From the NCBI RefSeq assembly GCF_001194135.2, contig NC_068990.1, positions 74,404,523-74,468,522 on the forward strand: a stretch of DNA of 64,000 nucleotides. The letters run 5' to 3'. This DNA is from Octopus bimaculoides (lineage: Eukaryota). Made by a program: the position numbers and the translations under genes. The notes under the pieces were generated by a model, which saw only the letters and a list, made by a program, of their open reading frames with translations, was not told where the DNA came from and searched no databases. This document shows positions 51,374 to 64,000 of the stretch, piece after piece (positions within the stretch are counted from its first letter, which is position 1; every line of letters starts with the position of its first letter).

Positions 51374-52716
51374 GTACATCTTCAGCCCTAAAAAAAAAGG
51401 AAAAAAGGACTGGCGTTCTCCTTTCGAACAAGCAAAAAGCGAATTGGGCTTCGGATAATATAATAACAGTGACAGTTGATTTCTAAAGTTTAAACTTTCA
51501 CCGCAATGATTAGAATGTATGTGCAGCTATATAAGTGCATTGAAGATAATGATTCAACCTCACAAAAAGGCAACTTATAATTAAATCATCATTGAACTTA
51601 AATTATAAACCAATATGTTTATTGTAGCCTAACTCAACGAATGTAGCAAGAAAATACAACTCACATTTGTAACATTTCTTGATTGGCATATCATTCTTTT
51701 CTGTTGAAATCTCCGGTGTAATGACATTACTTTCTAGATTTCTAGAACTCGAATAATGAACACAAACAATATATTGATTTTATGCAAGTTAACCCTATCT
51801 CATATGAGATCACTTAAAAATTACAAATTTCGTAATTATCTGTCAATATTTACACATATCTAAACTTTTTGCTATATCTACTAGGTATATTTCTCTGATA
51901 TTCAAATGAGGTTTGCTAATTTTTCACCCAATACCTCGATTATTTCTATTTAAAATGTTATTTTGAAATGTTATTTTGATCATTCCAGCGTGTTTCTAAG
52001 GCTGTTTTATGCTAGAAATCAAAGTTTCATAAAAATTTCCAGTTAATAGAATTATGGGAAGTAATGGGTTAATATATACCATACTTCTATGAAAATTAGC
52101 ATTATAACCAACTATTAAACTATTACGCTACATTTTGATAAATTTTTGTTCTTGAGATATGTGAGCTCTGTAGAAAAGGAGGAAGTCCCTGCAGGATTCG
52201 AGACTACAACATGATTTTGATACTTGTTTGACGCAAGATAATTTCGAGCAGATTGTTAATGTTCATAAAAAAAGAGCATGAACGTCACCAAATCCTATCA
52301 CCCCACTCCCCGATACGTCTGAAGAAAAATGCATGGCCTTTGTGCTATGTCAAAAGAATCTAATATTTTCTTGCTGTTGTTGCGATTCCCAACATTATTG
52401 CTTATAGATCATTCTAAGCGAGAATACACTGACAATACACCGACAGTGAGCAAATAAATCATTGCTAGTCATTAACTTTCTTCATTTACTTCAGTATTAG
52501 AAAGATATAACATCAACATTCTCTCCGGCTACAACTATTTTATTTTATTTTCTCCGTGACTTACATATCATGTTTTTCTTCTCTTTCTTATATCCAGTTC
52601 ACAAAAGTTCAGTACTGAAATCAATCTTTCTTGTCACCAGTTAATACATTCAAATAAATAATACACCTTGACACACGATGCAGTTTTATGTCACTTAAAT
52701 ACACAGCCATTTATAG

Positions 52717-52767
52717 GTGTACTCATCTGAAAAAGATAAGCATGGACAGATGTTTGCTTCCAAACTG
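52717..52767 (+). CDS. Candidate coding exon (VYSSEKDKHGQMFASKL)
   Basis: Acceptor ccatttatag|, donor ctg|gtaaag, 51 nt, phase 0-0, open frame. Confidence 0.35.
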
Positions 52768-53477
52768 GTAAAGTTTAAGCAAAATTTAAGACTCGCTTAT
52801 AAATAAATGAAAAAGTAATAGCTATTTATTAAAAAAACCCATCAGAGAGTTATATGGAAGCTGGAAAACATAATTGTGATAACTCTCCAACATTTCCTGT
52901 ATATAATTATTACATAGAAGGCCTCCAGTGAGACACTATTACTTTAGATAAAGAATATTAAGATATTAAGAAACTGATTTTGTTTGACAAGGCACATTTC
53001 CAATTTTCACAGCGAAGAGGAATACAGTTATTTGAATTGATCCAACTGCTGTTTATTTTATTGAAAGCAGAAAGGTAGTAGAGTAGCCAGAAAGACTGAG
53101 CAGTGAATTAAGTTTCTGCCTGAATTTATTACATTCTGCTTCATCCTGAGTTCAATATCTGTGGATGTCATCTCATTTTTATCATTCTAGGTTCCATCAA
53201 ATAAATGTGGTTTGTAACGAGATCACTGGCTTGCGTCAATGTAAACATTCCATAATAATGAATATTCAATTCAGAGTATAGGAGCTGTGAGAGAAGAGGA
53301 AACTAAGACAAATATGGAGTGGAAAAACAGAGAGGAGGAGTTCGCATCGTACTTTTATACAAGTACTCTACTGATTCATGGTTAAGATGCTTAATTCTCG
53401 AACGCCTAAGCCTACATAACTTGTCGGCCATAATCGAACTAGCGAAAGTAGAAAAATATACCCTTCTTACATTTTAC

Positions 53478-53698
53478 CTTTTACTTGTTTCAGCCATTGG
53501 ACTGCAACCGTACAGGAGCACCGCCTTAAGGAATTTTTAGCCCAGAGAATCGATCCCAGTACTTATTTCTTAAAAGCCTGGTACTTTTTCTATCGGTCTC
53601 TTTTGCCGAACCGCAAAGTTACGGGGACATAAATATACCAATATTGGTTGCCAAGCGATGGTGGGGGACAAATGTAAGAACAAATACTCGCTCACACA

Positions 53699-53736
<38 letters not shown>

Positions 53737-53832
53737 CAAAGCTTTGGTCGGCCTAAGGCTATAGTAGAAGACACTTCCCCAATGTGCCCCGCTGTGGAAC
53801 TTAACTCGGAACCACGTCGTTGAGAAGTAAGC
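53478..53832 (-). mobile_element. SINE family A copy with internal deletion
   Basis: Colinear with 16116-16534. Confidence 0.85.
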
Positions 53833-54146
53833 TTCTTACTATAAGGCCACGCTGAAAAATCTGTGGCCAGGATTATGATGAAAGACGTTCCGATATTTAA
53901 GAATATGTTAAGCAATGTGCCTTATCCTTTTTTCAAAAAAGTTAGTCGTGTGATTTGGTTCGATATAGTTTAACGTGTTGACGTTATCGTTGTTGATGTG
54001 GATTACATCTATTTCTACATGGAATTAGCAAAACTATGATCAAAGACGCCTGTGATCAATATTACGGTAACCATGACCAACCCGTGTTTTATAGGGACTT
54101 TCTAGATCTATATTTCAAAATGTGACTTTTCTTTTTCCTTTTTCAG

Positions 54147-54218
54147 ACGGTAGTTTGTGACCTGTTAGTATCTGGGTGCGATGGTCTGAAGGCTGAGCGA
54201 CCTCGCAAGTTTAAGTAG
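54147..54218 (+). CDS. Candidate terminal coding exon (TVVCDLLVSGCDGLKAERPRKFK*)
   Basis: Very strong acceptor ttttctttttcctttttcag|, only frame 0 is open, and unique AT-rich 3'-UTR-like sequence follows. Confidence 0.4.
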   Translation, partial: TVVCDLLVSGCDGLKAERPRKFK

Positions 54219-55979
54219 ATATCGCAGAATATGCATTATGAAAACAGAACAGCATCACGTTTTGAGTGATAGAAAAATTGAATAATTTTTTATAGCTGCA
54301 GTGCACAGTTCAATTCCTCCTGTGGTAAAGCTTATCTAATAGAAATCACTATCTTTTTATGGAAAGATATTTGTCTCAGAAAATGTATTTAATAATCACA
54401 AAAGTTTTGCGATTAGAAAGAAATTGACTGAAGTTGGTTTAGTCATTTGCTCTTGCAGTTATATTCTCAAAATGATGCACCCATTACCAGACACATATCT
54501 TCTTAAGATTCGATGAATTCATCTTTTCTATAAGTCAAATTTGCAGGCTAAGATAATAGACAACCAAAAAGTTTGACGTCGAATATCAGAGAATCCCTCA
54601 ATATTTTCTTTTTGCGTTTTGCTTTTGTCAACAGCCATTGAAAATTGATTTTTAAAAATGGTACCACGACCGTTGGAATTTCTCAAACTTAGAAACGTTA
54701 TTATACTTCTCCGAACGTCAGTTTTATGAATTAGATAGACTGGTAGACTGATGATTTTGTTTTTATCGATTTTAAAGGTAATTTATGATTTTATATTAGC
54801 ATATTTTCAAAAGTATAATTTATTTTGTTGTTAAGTCTCTTCAATTTTAATTACTTATCTTCTTGGTTAAAATAAATTGATTGTGTGGTGTCTTCTACAT
54901 TTTGAACAAATTTCAACTAATATCTGTTGTTGTTCTCGTAGTTTTAAACCCACGGTCAACCATGATCAAACATAACATATAGTATATCCAGGCCATATAT
55001 TATTTAACGTTATCCGAAATATATTATAACCAAGTTTTGACTTGAGGGAAATGTGCCTGCTATTTCTTGCAGGACAAGGCATCAACTTGTAATGATTCCT
55101 TCGCTGAAATTGCTGGGTAAAGTAGAGAGGCGATGATTTTAAGTAATATTACAATCAGCCTCCTGTTGTTCCCCCAAGCAAGGAACAAATCACCTACTCT
55201 TCTTTGGCTGAATGACAATAACTACATTCCACTTCTATTTTACGGTTGAGTCGTCAGCACTAGGAAGTGAAACCAGCTGTAAAACAATTAACCTACCATC
55301 ATCATCATCATCACTTCCAACATCAACAACAACAACATCATTAAAACAAAGTCGTCCATCTCTCAATGTACAAGCATTGACGACGGAATGAAAATCAATT
55401 CTAAATGGCATATATAGGAAAGTTCGTCATTAATTTAGTTTTATTTTAAATTGCACACACCTTAGGGCATGGTACTAAATAGTATCGAAAAATGTTAATC
55501 CTTTGCCAAATTAAAATTCCAGTAATTAGTTTAATAATGTGGCATAATAAATAAATAAATAAATAAATAAATAAGTAAATAAATAAAAGTGGCGTTGATA
55601 AAAAGCTTGGCCTAATATTTGAGTCACTTCTTAATCTGTAACTATTTTCATTTGCGCTTCATGTCAATATGAATAAATACCAACATTTTTTCTCGAACTA
55701 TACGATATGTCCTTTTACTTTAATAATGTCAGGTGATGTATACTTTGTCTTTTCTTTTTTTTTTTTGTATGGTTTACAAAAGGTCAGCCATAACTTTGGA
55801 GCTAAGGAGTTGACTTTGCGATCACAGGATTTCGGGTTCAAACTAAAACTTCATTCCATTTCACACAAATGTCTTTTACGACAGCTCCAGGTGTCCACAA
55901 TTGTATATGAGCAAAACACGGAAAGCAAGTTGGAAGCATGTTGCGTGTATAAACATACACACGCCCCCATATATATATA

Positions 55980-56128
55980 TGGCAGGCATCTTTCAGTTTA
56001 CCAAATCCACTCTCAAGACTTCGGTCAGCCCGAAGCTATAGTAGAAGCCGCCCAAAATGACACGCAGTGTGACTGAACCTGGAACCATGTGGTTGGGAAA
56101 CAAGCTTCTTACCACAAAGCCACGCCTA
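55980..56128 (-). mobile_element. SINE family A head/CORE half
   Basis: Matches 16375-16525. Confidence 0.8.
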
Positions 56129-56139
56129 CACACACACTC

Positions 56140-56196
<57 letters not shown>

Positions 56197-56232
56197 NNNN
56201 NNNNNNNNNNNNNNNNNNNNNNNNNNNNNNNN

Positions 56233-56280
<48 letters not shown>

Positions 56281-57322
56281 CACATACATATGTATATATA
56301 ATGGAACCAACAATGACACTTCATGCATTGAATACATATAACATGTTTATTAAACTTGACCAATATTTTCAAGCAGCGAGCAATTTTCATCAAAGCAATG
56401 ATATATTTTGTTGAGTTCGAACTTATTGCATTTTTTGTCTTACCATTCAGGGATCAATACATTTTTCTTTCTGTTCGTTGTTTTCAACCATCACCATCAC
56501 CAGTAATATCACCATCGCCACCACAACTGCCATACACACACCACAACTGCCATACACACACCATCCAGACTTCTGGCGCCACCACTATCACCACTGTCTT
56601 TCACATCACTTACTAACACGTCATTTCTGACCGACCACCACCACCACCACCACCACCACCACCATCNNNNNNNNNNNNNNNNNNNNNNNNNNNNNNNNNN
56701 NNNNNNNNNNNNNNNNNNNNNNNNNNNNNNNNNNNNNNNNNNNNNNNNNNNNNNNNNNNNNNNNNNNNNNNNNNNNNNNNNNNNNNNNNNNNNNNNNNNN
56801 NNNNNNNNNNNNNNNNNNNNNNNNNNNNNNNNNNNNNNNNNNNNNNNNNNNNNNNNNNNNNNNNNNNNNNNNNNNNNNNNNNNNNNNNNNNNNNNNNNNN
56901 NNNNNNNNNNNNNNNNNNNNNNNNNNNNNNNNNNNNNNNNNNNNNNNNNNNNNNNNNNNNNNNNNNNNNNNNNNNNNNNNNNNNNNNNNNNNNNNNNNNN
57001 NNNNNNNNNNNNNNNNNNNNNNNNNNNNNNNNNNNNNNNNNNNNNNNNNNNNNNNNNNNNNNNNNNNNNNNNNNNNNNNNNNNNNNNNNNNNNNNNNNNN
57101 NNNNNNNNNNNNNNNNNNNNNNNNNNNNNNNNNNNNNNNNNNNNNNNNNNNNNNNNNNNNNNNNNNNNNNNNNNNNNNNNNNNNNNNNNNNNNNNNNNNN
57201 NNNNNNNNNNNNNNNNNNNNNNNNNNNNNNNNNNNNNNNNNNNNNNNNNNNNNNNNNNNNNNNNNNNNNNNNNNNNNNNNNNNNNNNNNNNNNNNNNNNN
57301 NNNNNNNNNNNNNNNNNNNNTT

Positions 57323-57464
57323 ATAACCTTCGAACAGGGGAGGTCAGCAGTGTCCCCCTGCTGGCTTGGCATCTGCAGACTAGTTTCAGGGTGTTGCCCC
57401 TTGTCAATGCAGAGCAGCCAAGCCCTAGCCAGGCGGCGCTGCTGACTATCTGTTCGAAAGTTAT
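57323..57464. mobile_element. 142-bp fold-back element with imperfect long inverted repeats
   Basis: Termini ataaccttcgaacag / ctgttcgaaagttat (14 of 15 match); inner gtcagcag/ctgctgac and ggcttggc/gccaagcc pairs. Confidence 0.55.
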
Positions 57465-57784
57465 TTATCTAATTTCAGTGGAATCTATCCACTGGTTTTC
57501 AGAAATAGAGTTATTAATATTTCTAAGTCTCTCTAAAGGAGACTACGGCAGCGGTACTGGAAATTAATAGTTATCGCCAAGCCAACATGGCAGTCCCAAA
57601 ATTAGGACGAAAGCTGCCGTGAATATCTCTTTATATTTAAAAAATGGCGGTGATTGTTTTCAATGTTTCCTAGCCTGGGAGGAGGAAGGAAGGAAAATAT
57701 CTTCAAACCAGAGACCTGACCCGCGTGATTGCAACTGTGTAGACTCCTCTGCTAAAGGAACATGGCCATTGGAAGACGCTTGTT

Positions 57785-58215
57785 AAAAGAACACAGGCAT
57801 TGGAAGAAGCTTGCTTCCCAACCGCATTGTTCTGTGTTCAGTCCCACTGCGTAGCGCCTGGGATAAGTGACTTCCATTATAACCGCAGGTCGACTAGAGC
57901 CTTGCGAGTGGATTTGGAAGACGGAAAAAAGAAAGAAGTCTATTGAATGTGTGTGTGTATTCGCGTGCGTGTATGTGCACGTGTTTGTGTCTGTGTCTTT
58001 GCATCTATGTTCGTACCCCACTACCGCTGGGAAACCGGTGTTGGTGTGTTTACGTACCGGTAATCTAACGGTTCGGCAAAAAGTCCGATAGTATAAACTA
58101 AAAGTAAAAGAACAAAAACAAATACTGGGGTCGATTCAATGGGCTAAAAATTCTTCAAGGCGATGCTCCAGTATGTCAATAGCCCAATGAGTGAAACAAG
58201 TAAAAGTAAAAGAAG
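57785..58215 (+). mobile_element. Degenerate full-length SINE family A copy
   Basis: Head/CORE, internal (TG)n, 3' half and taaaag tail. Confidence 0.8.
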
Positions 58216-58685
58216 AAAAATAAAAAAATAATGTGTCAAGGGTTGCATTAAACCAATCAACGAAATAAATCTACGAAACAAGAAATTTAGAAACATACAG
58301 GGCAGTGACTAAAATCACAACGTTTCAAACATTCTACTAATCCATCACATTAATCTGTAAGATAGCCGTAAGAATATATAAGGGATCTTCCTCTACCTGG
58401 TCACTAAAATATTAGAAACATTAGCTAAATTCCATCTTAAAAAAAAAACATCCTACCCAGGGCTGTATTGGCAGCTTTATAGGGCCCTAAGCTCATGAAT
58501 GCACTGGCCCCTGTAGTAATTTTTATCGACTGTGAGTCATAATATATATAGATCAGATTTGAATCGTGTGACGCGTGAGGCATTTGGGTAAATATTTTGT
58601 ATGTCTGTCTTGAAACGGTCCTGATCCTATCTATCGTCTTTTAAAGGAACATTTTACATAATGCTAACCGATGTGCACTATTCGA

Positions 58686-58826
58686 GAAGAAGAAGAAGAA
58701 GAAGAAGAAGAAGAAGAAGAAGAAGAAGAAGAAGAAGAAGAAGAAGAAGAAGAAGAAGAAGAAGAAGAAGAAGAAGAAGAAGAAGAAGAAGAAGAAGAAG
58801 AAGAAGAAGAAGAAGAAGAAGAAGAA
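58686..58826. repeat. Uninterrupted (GAA)n, about 47 units
   Basis: Direct reading. Confidence 0.97.
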
Positions 58827-59296
58827 GCGGTATAATCACTCTTGATCATAGGTATATCTGCTTTGTCAGGCTATCAGGACCGAGTTGGCTGGGGTTAAAA
58901 AACAAAGTTTTAAGATAGCTATAGGATATATAAAGAACTGGTCGATTCTTACATTCTGCAAAGATATTTTCTTGTAATGATTTCTATAGTTTCTCATTCA
59001 GAATGCCCTGGTTTCTAGACAACCAATTCTTTATTGCTAGTTTAAGAATTCTTGGAATAGAAAAATGTATTATGCTATTTTAACACATTTAGCCACTGAC
59101 CTTTCAGAAGTATATCAAAATTCTAAGAATTCTTTATTTTCCTATCTATAAATAATAAGTTTCTATTTCTGATCCAGTACAGCGTTTCAATATTTGTTCA
59201 GGTAAAATTGTCACATACATAGAATTCTAGTCTAATTTCTATATGGACCGCATCATGTAATATAGATATACAATAACTATATAGATAAACGCTACG

Positions 59297-59381
<85 letters not shown>

Positions 59382-59421
59382 CATGCATGTATCTATGTAT
59401 GTATGTATGTATATATGTATG

Positions 59422-59453
<32 letters not shown>

Positions 59454-59513
59454 TGAATGTATGTATACAGGCATGCATAATTGTGATTGTATATATATGT
59501 GTGTGTGAGTGTG

Positions 59514-59548
<35 letters not shown>

Positions 59549-59550
59549 GT

Positions 59551-59935
59551 ATAGGCTTGACTGTGTAGTAAGAAGGTTGTTTCCCGAGCGTGTGGTTCTG
59601 GGTTCAATCCCACTGAAATGGTACCTTGGGATAAGTGTCTTCTACTATAGTGCTGGCCTGACCAAAGCGAGTGGACTTGGTAGACGGAAACTGAAAGAAG
59701 CCTTTTGTCTATATATGTTTATATTTGTGTTTGCGTGAAGGGGTGCTATTTTATTCTGAGTGCGTTTACCCCCACCACCTCTAGACAACAGGTGTTGGTT
59801 TGTCTACGTCTCCGATATATAGCGTTTCGGTTAAAATGGCGATAAGATAAATATCAGTTTTATAGAAGCATTAAATTGCTTCAAGGCGGACCCACAGCGC
59901 GGTTGCAGTCAAATTATTGAAACGAGTTAAAGAAA
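59551..59935 (+). mobile_element. Degenerate full-length SINE family A copy
   Basis: ataggc..ggttctgggttcaatcccactg..gtaccttgggataagtgtcttctactatag..gacggaaactgaaagaagcc and the 3' half. Confidence 0.8.
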
Positions 59936-60343
59936 AAATAAAACACACACGCTCACATATATCTCAGGGACGTGCCGCCTGGGTAGGCAAGGTAGACAGT
60001 GCCTACTCTGAATCAAATAGATCGATAGTAACATTTTCCTTTTATGGTAAAATATGCACCTAATTCAATAAAATTATGAAGGTTACTCTCATTATTAAGC
60101 ATAAAATGCAAAATATTTTATTTTTTTGTAGATTAGGTAGGCATAATTCGCCCCTGCTTTTCAATCTCAGTATTACAACTACGCATAGCACTGTTGTAGT
60201 ACACGCGCCGCGTACATTCCTACAACAACGTTTTCCTTGCGTGCTATAAAGGCAGAAATAAATCTGCTTCCAACTCAGTCGCGTGCCTGTGTCTCGCTTA
60301 TTATTATTATTTTTTTTTTTTACTACATAACCGTCACCAACTG

Positions 60344-60385
<42 letters not shown>

Positions 60386-60424
60386 NNNNNNNNNNNNNNN
60401 NNNNNNNATATATATACACACATA

Positions 60425-60582
60425 AGGTGGTCTTCTTTCAGTTTCTTTCTACCAAGTCGACTCACAAGGCTTTGGTCAGCCCAAAGCTATAGTAGAAGAC
60501 ACTTGCCCAATGTACCCAGCAGTGGGACTGAACCCGGAACAATGTAGTTGGATAGCAAGCTACTTACCAAACAGTCACGCTG
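60425..60582 (-). mobile_element. SINE family A head/CORE half
   Basis: Matches 16375-16525. Confidence 0.85.
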
Positions 60583-61426
60583 AAGAAACTGTTACCATAC
60601 AACTCTTCTGTAAATTGTCAGGTGAAGAGAAAATGAAAAAACTTGACCATATAACACGACACTATGGCATCTAGTTCAATGGACAATGGTCATGCAAGGA
60701 CAATGCTGTTGATAAAAGAAGTACATGAAGACTCTGATGTACAATATCACACAATAGATGCGGAGAAAAATGGTAATGAAGATGAGGCTGACTGATATCG
60801 AAGAAACCCGAAGTGAGGAAGGTCGTGTTCCTTATTGCCGAATGCAATTCGATACAGCATGTACTATAAAGTGTGAAAATTTTCAGTCAACCAGCTAAAC
60901 TCGATCACTGACTCGATGTAAATCTGAAAATTAAAAATTGGAGATAAGATTGTGGAAATATAAAGAAATATGCCAGTATAGAAATGCACAGTAATTTCAA
61001 AGATTGATTACTAACGCTGGCACAAGCCAGCATAATATAGTTGAAGAAGCAAAACGATTTCCCCCATTTACAGTACTTGACTGTTGTTAATTTATTGAGC
61101 CAAGAGGATGAATGACAAATTTGACCCCAGAAGGATTGACAACAAAGAATGTAAAATCCGGATGCGAGTAAATACCTCAACGCATTTCTAGTTGGCCTTC
61201 TACCAACTCTGCGATTCACCTACAATAACAACGATAATAATTTCCCATACAATTAGGCCATCTGGTATTTAAAAGAAACTATATGGTTTTTGGCCTTGAC
61301 TTCCGTTTTGCTGTTAATGTTGAGGCAGTCGATATGGAAATGGAGGGTGATAGAATAAGTGGTATTGAAATGCGCTGGCATTTCTCGATGTAGATTCGTA
61401 CATATACATCCACACGCACGCACATA

Positions 61427-61489
<63 letters not shown>

Positions 61490-61849
61490 TTTATTTTTCT
61501 ATGAATGTCAGCCCAAAGGCTATGGTCATGCTGGGGCATTGCCAGTGTTTCACCTTTTCAAAGGCCATTCTTCCGTGATTGGCTTTTGCTGAAGAAGGGA
61601 TTTCGATGGTGCTGCTCTCTTTTAAGTTTCTTGCTGTGATGTACGTTCATTTGAGACGCCTCTACACCCAGTAGATCTCTCAATTGTTTTGGCAAATATT
61701 ATATAGTCGTGTGCCTTTCAATCCTAATTTGTTACAGTGCATGGTCCTCACTCTAGACAGGATGATTTGGACTCTTTGGAACAGTGCAGTGACATCCATA
61801 TATAAAGATAGACGAAATACTGCTATGCATTTTTCCCGGTGCGCTAACG

Positions 61850-62038
61850 TTTCTTATTTCTTTACTGCCCACAAGGGGCTACACACAGAGGGGACAAACA
61901 AGGACAGACAAACGGATTAAGTCGATTATATCGACCCCAGTTCGTAACTGGTACTTAATTTATCGACCCCCGAAAGGATGAAAGGCAAAGTCGACCTCGG
62001 CGGGATTTGAACTGAGAACGTAGCGGCAGACGAAATAC
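61850..62038 (-). mobile_element. SINE family B variant with a different 3' tail
   Basis: Family-B body, but after gtcgatataatcgact the tail is taatccgtttgtctgtccttgtttgtcccctctgtgtgtagccccttgtgggcagtaaagaaataaga. Confidence 0.75.
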
Positions 62039-62767
62039 CTCCCTATTCTTATAGACACCAAGCAAATATTTAACTCGCTATGTGAGCATGTGCGCACCAA
62101 ACCACACGTGTGCGTATGCTTACATCTTCGTGGATGTTTGAATGACCGAGTGTACATGCGCCATACAGCTTGCGCGAGGGCGTTTANNNNNNNNNNNNNN
62201 NNNNNNNNNNNNNNNNNNNNNNNNNNNNNNNNNNNNNNNNNNNNNNNNNNNNNNNNNNNNNNNNNNNNNNNNNNNNNNNNNNNNNNNNNNNNNNNNNNNN
62301 NNNNNNNNNNNNNNNNNNNNNNNNNNNNNNNNNNNNNNNNNNNNNNNNNNNNNNNNNNNNNNNNNNNNNNNNNNNNNNNNNNNNNNNNNNNNNNNNNNNN
62401 NNNNNNNNNNNNNNNNNNNNNNNNNNNNNNNNNNNNNNNNNNNNNNNNNNNNNNNNNNNNNNNNNNNNNNNNNNNNNNNNNNNNNNNNNNNNNNNNNNNN
62501 NNNNNNNNNNNNNNNNNNNNNNNNNNNNNNNNNNNNNNNNNNNNNNNNNNNNNNNNNNNNNNNNNNNNNNNNNNNNNNNNNNNNNNNNNNNNNNNNNNNN
62601 NNNNNNNNNNNNNNNNNNNNNNNNNNNNNNNNNNNNNNNNNNNNNNNNNNNNNNNNNNNNNNNNNNNNNNNNNNNNNNNNNNNNNNNNNNNNNNNNNNNN
62701 NNNNNNNNNNNNNNNNNNNNNNNNNNNNNNNNNNNNNNNNNNNNNNNNNNNNNNNNNNNNNNNNNNN

Positions 62768-62819
<52 letters not shown>

Positions 62820-62821
<2 letters not shown>

Positions 62822-62890
62822 ATTTCCGATCTACGCACACCATCGAGTAACGTTACGCCAGAAATCCTTCGGAGGAACCCCATTTAGCAT
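62820..62890 (-). mobile_element. Short RTE-clade LINE fragment
   Basis: Translation MGFLRRISGVTLLDGVRRSEI resembles the RTE post-RT motif EM.FLRR+.G+T..D.+R+..I; it is cut by (CA)n and a gap. Confidence 0.55.
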
Positions 62891-62925
62891 GTTTCAAGTT
62901 GCAATTGAACTCTTTCGGTCAAGAA

Positions 62926-63265
62926 GGCACATAGCTTAGTGGTTAGAGCGACGAGCTCACAATCATAAGGTAGTGAGTTCGATTCCTGGACCGGGCTCTG
63001 TGTTGTGTTCTTGAGCAAGATACTTTATTTCATGTTGTTCTACTTCACTCATCTGTAGAAATGGGTTGCGACGTTATTGGTGCCAAGCTATATCAGCCTT
63101 TGCTTTTCCTTTGGATAACATCAATGGTGCGGAGATGGGAAGCTGGTATGCTTGGAGGACTGTTGGTCATCCATAAACAACCTTGCCCGGACTTGTGCCT
63201 CGGAGAGGAACTTTGTAGTTGCAATTTCATGGTCATTCATAACCGAAGGGTATCTTTACCCATTA
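62926..63265 (+). mobile_element. tRNA-derived CORE-type SINE, family D
   Basis: Head ggcacatagcttagtggttagagc...gagttcgattcc (A and B boxes), CORE-like tgtgttcttgagcaagatactttatttc...catctgtagaaatggg, and a 3' part distinct from families A and C. Confidence 0.85.
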
Positions 63266-63310
63266 CTCTTTCGGTCATTACCAATCCATGGTCTCTATCT
63301 CTCTCTCTCC

Positions 63311-63916
63311 CTGGGCCAGTGAGATGATGGACAGGCCACTAGCATTTTGGGACACTGTCATGTTCTCTGATTAGTTCAGATTTGCTGCATTTCCTGACAG
63401 CAGTCGAGTGTGGGTCTGGAGACTCTGTGATCAAGAATTTGATATACAAAAGATTGCAGCCTTCTATGAAACATGGCAGCTATTCTGTGATGGTATGAGG
63501 AGCAATTTGGAGCAATAATTTATAAGAGCTGGTGGGGTATGAGGGAAACATAAGTTCAGATAAATGTGTGCCTATATTGCAGAAAGGACTCCTTCCAATC
63601 TTCTCCAGTGGTGGAATGATTTAAGAAGACTCTTTATTTAAGGGGCTCCTTGTCACATGGCTAAAACAACCCAAGATTTGTTGGATGAGAATGGCATTAA
63701 AAAGCTTCCATGGCCAAGCCAGTCACCAGATATGAAACCTATTGAATATCTCTAGGTCAAAATGGACAGGACAGTTCATAAAAAAGAACGAGGAAGCATT
63801 ACTGGAATAAACTTGGCAAGAAATTCGGCAAGAGAATATTCGTCATCTGATCAGTAACATGCCTAATAGGGTCCTTGCATTGAAAAATTCCAAGGGGCAT
63901 GTCTCATAAATATTAA
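63311..63916 (+). pseudogene. Tc1-family DDE transposase pseudogene
   Basis: Manual translation FWDTVMFSD*FRF..RVWVWR..KHGSYSVMV*GAI..GAPCHMAK..LPWPSQSPDMKPIEYL*..WQEI..LISNMPNRVLALKNSKG, matching Tc1 motifs W..V.FSDE, QD.AP.H and WP.QSPDLNPIE. Multiple stops and frameshifts. Confidence 0.92.
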
Positions 63917-64000
63917 ATATTCACAATATAACAATTGATAAATAATTTGAATGTATAATTTAAGATTTAAATAAATTTTAATGATTATAAGCATGTCTAT

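Noticed and set aside
59965-60156. hAT-like mini-element (cagggacg...cgcccctg)
   Set aside because: The inverted repeat is very short and imperfect and there is no 8-bp TSD, so it is not supportable beyond resemblance.

Overview
AT-rich eukaryotic genomic scaffold, very dense in microsatellites, with 13 N-gaps (about 5.4 kb in total, mostly flanked by TA/CA repeats). The SINE types, microsatellite load and spliceosomal signals suggest an animal, most likely a coleoid cephalopod such as Octopus. That taxonomic call is an inference and has not been verified. There is no operon, CRISPR array, rRNA or intact long ORF. The recognisable content is decayed transposable elements: (1) a Gypsy integrase remnant with its PPT and a 242-bp TG..CA LTR; (2) two Dong/R4-type non-LTR retrotransposon remnants with a restriction-like endonuclease (RLE), one with a chimeric 5' junction; (3) a hAT (Buster/Charlie-like) transposase C-terminus; (4) a Tc1-type transposase pseudogene; (5) a tiny RTE fragment; (6) a 668-bp non-autonomous DNA transposon with 28-bp TIRs and an 8-bp TSD; (7) at least four tRNA-derived SINE families, labelled A-D here. 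Unique sequence between the repeats holds several short + strand segments with splice signals and one open frame each. They may be exons of one or two host genes that I cannot name. The most interesting unexplained signals are these candidate exon chains, a two-copy repeat carrying hammerhead-ribozyme core motifs, several long fold-back structures, a tandem tRNA-like unit, and SINE/LINE chains built on (ATT)n tracts. I did not find a clearly new biological system, and all novelty claims below are hypotheses.
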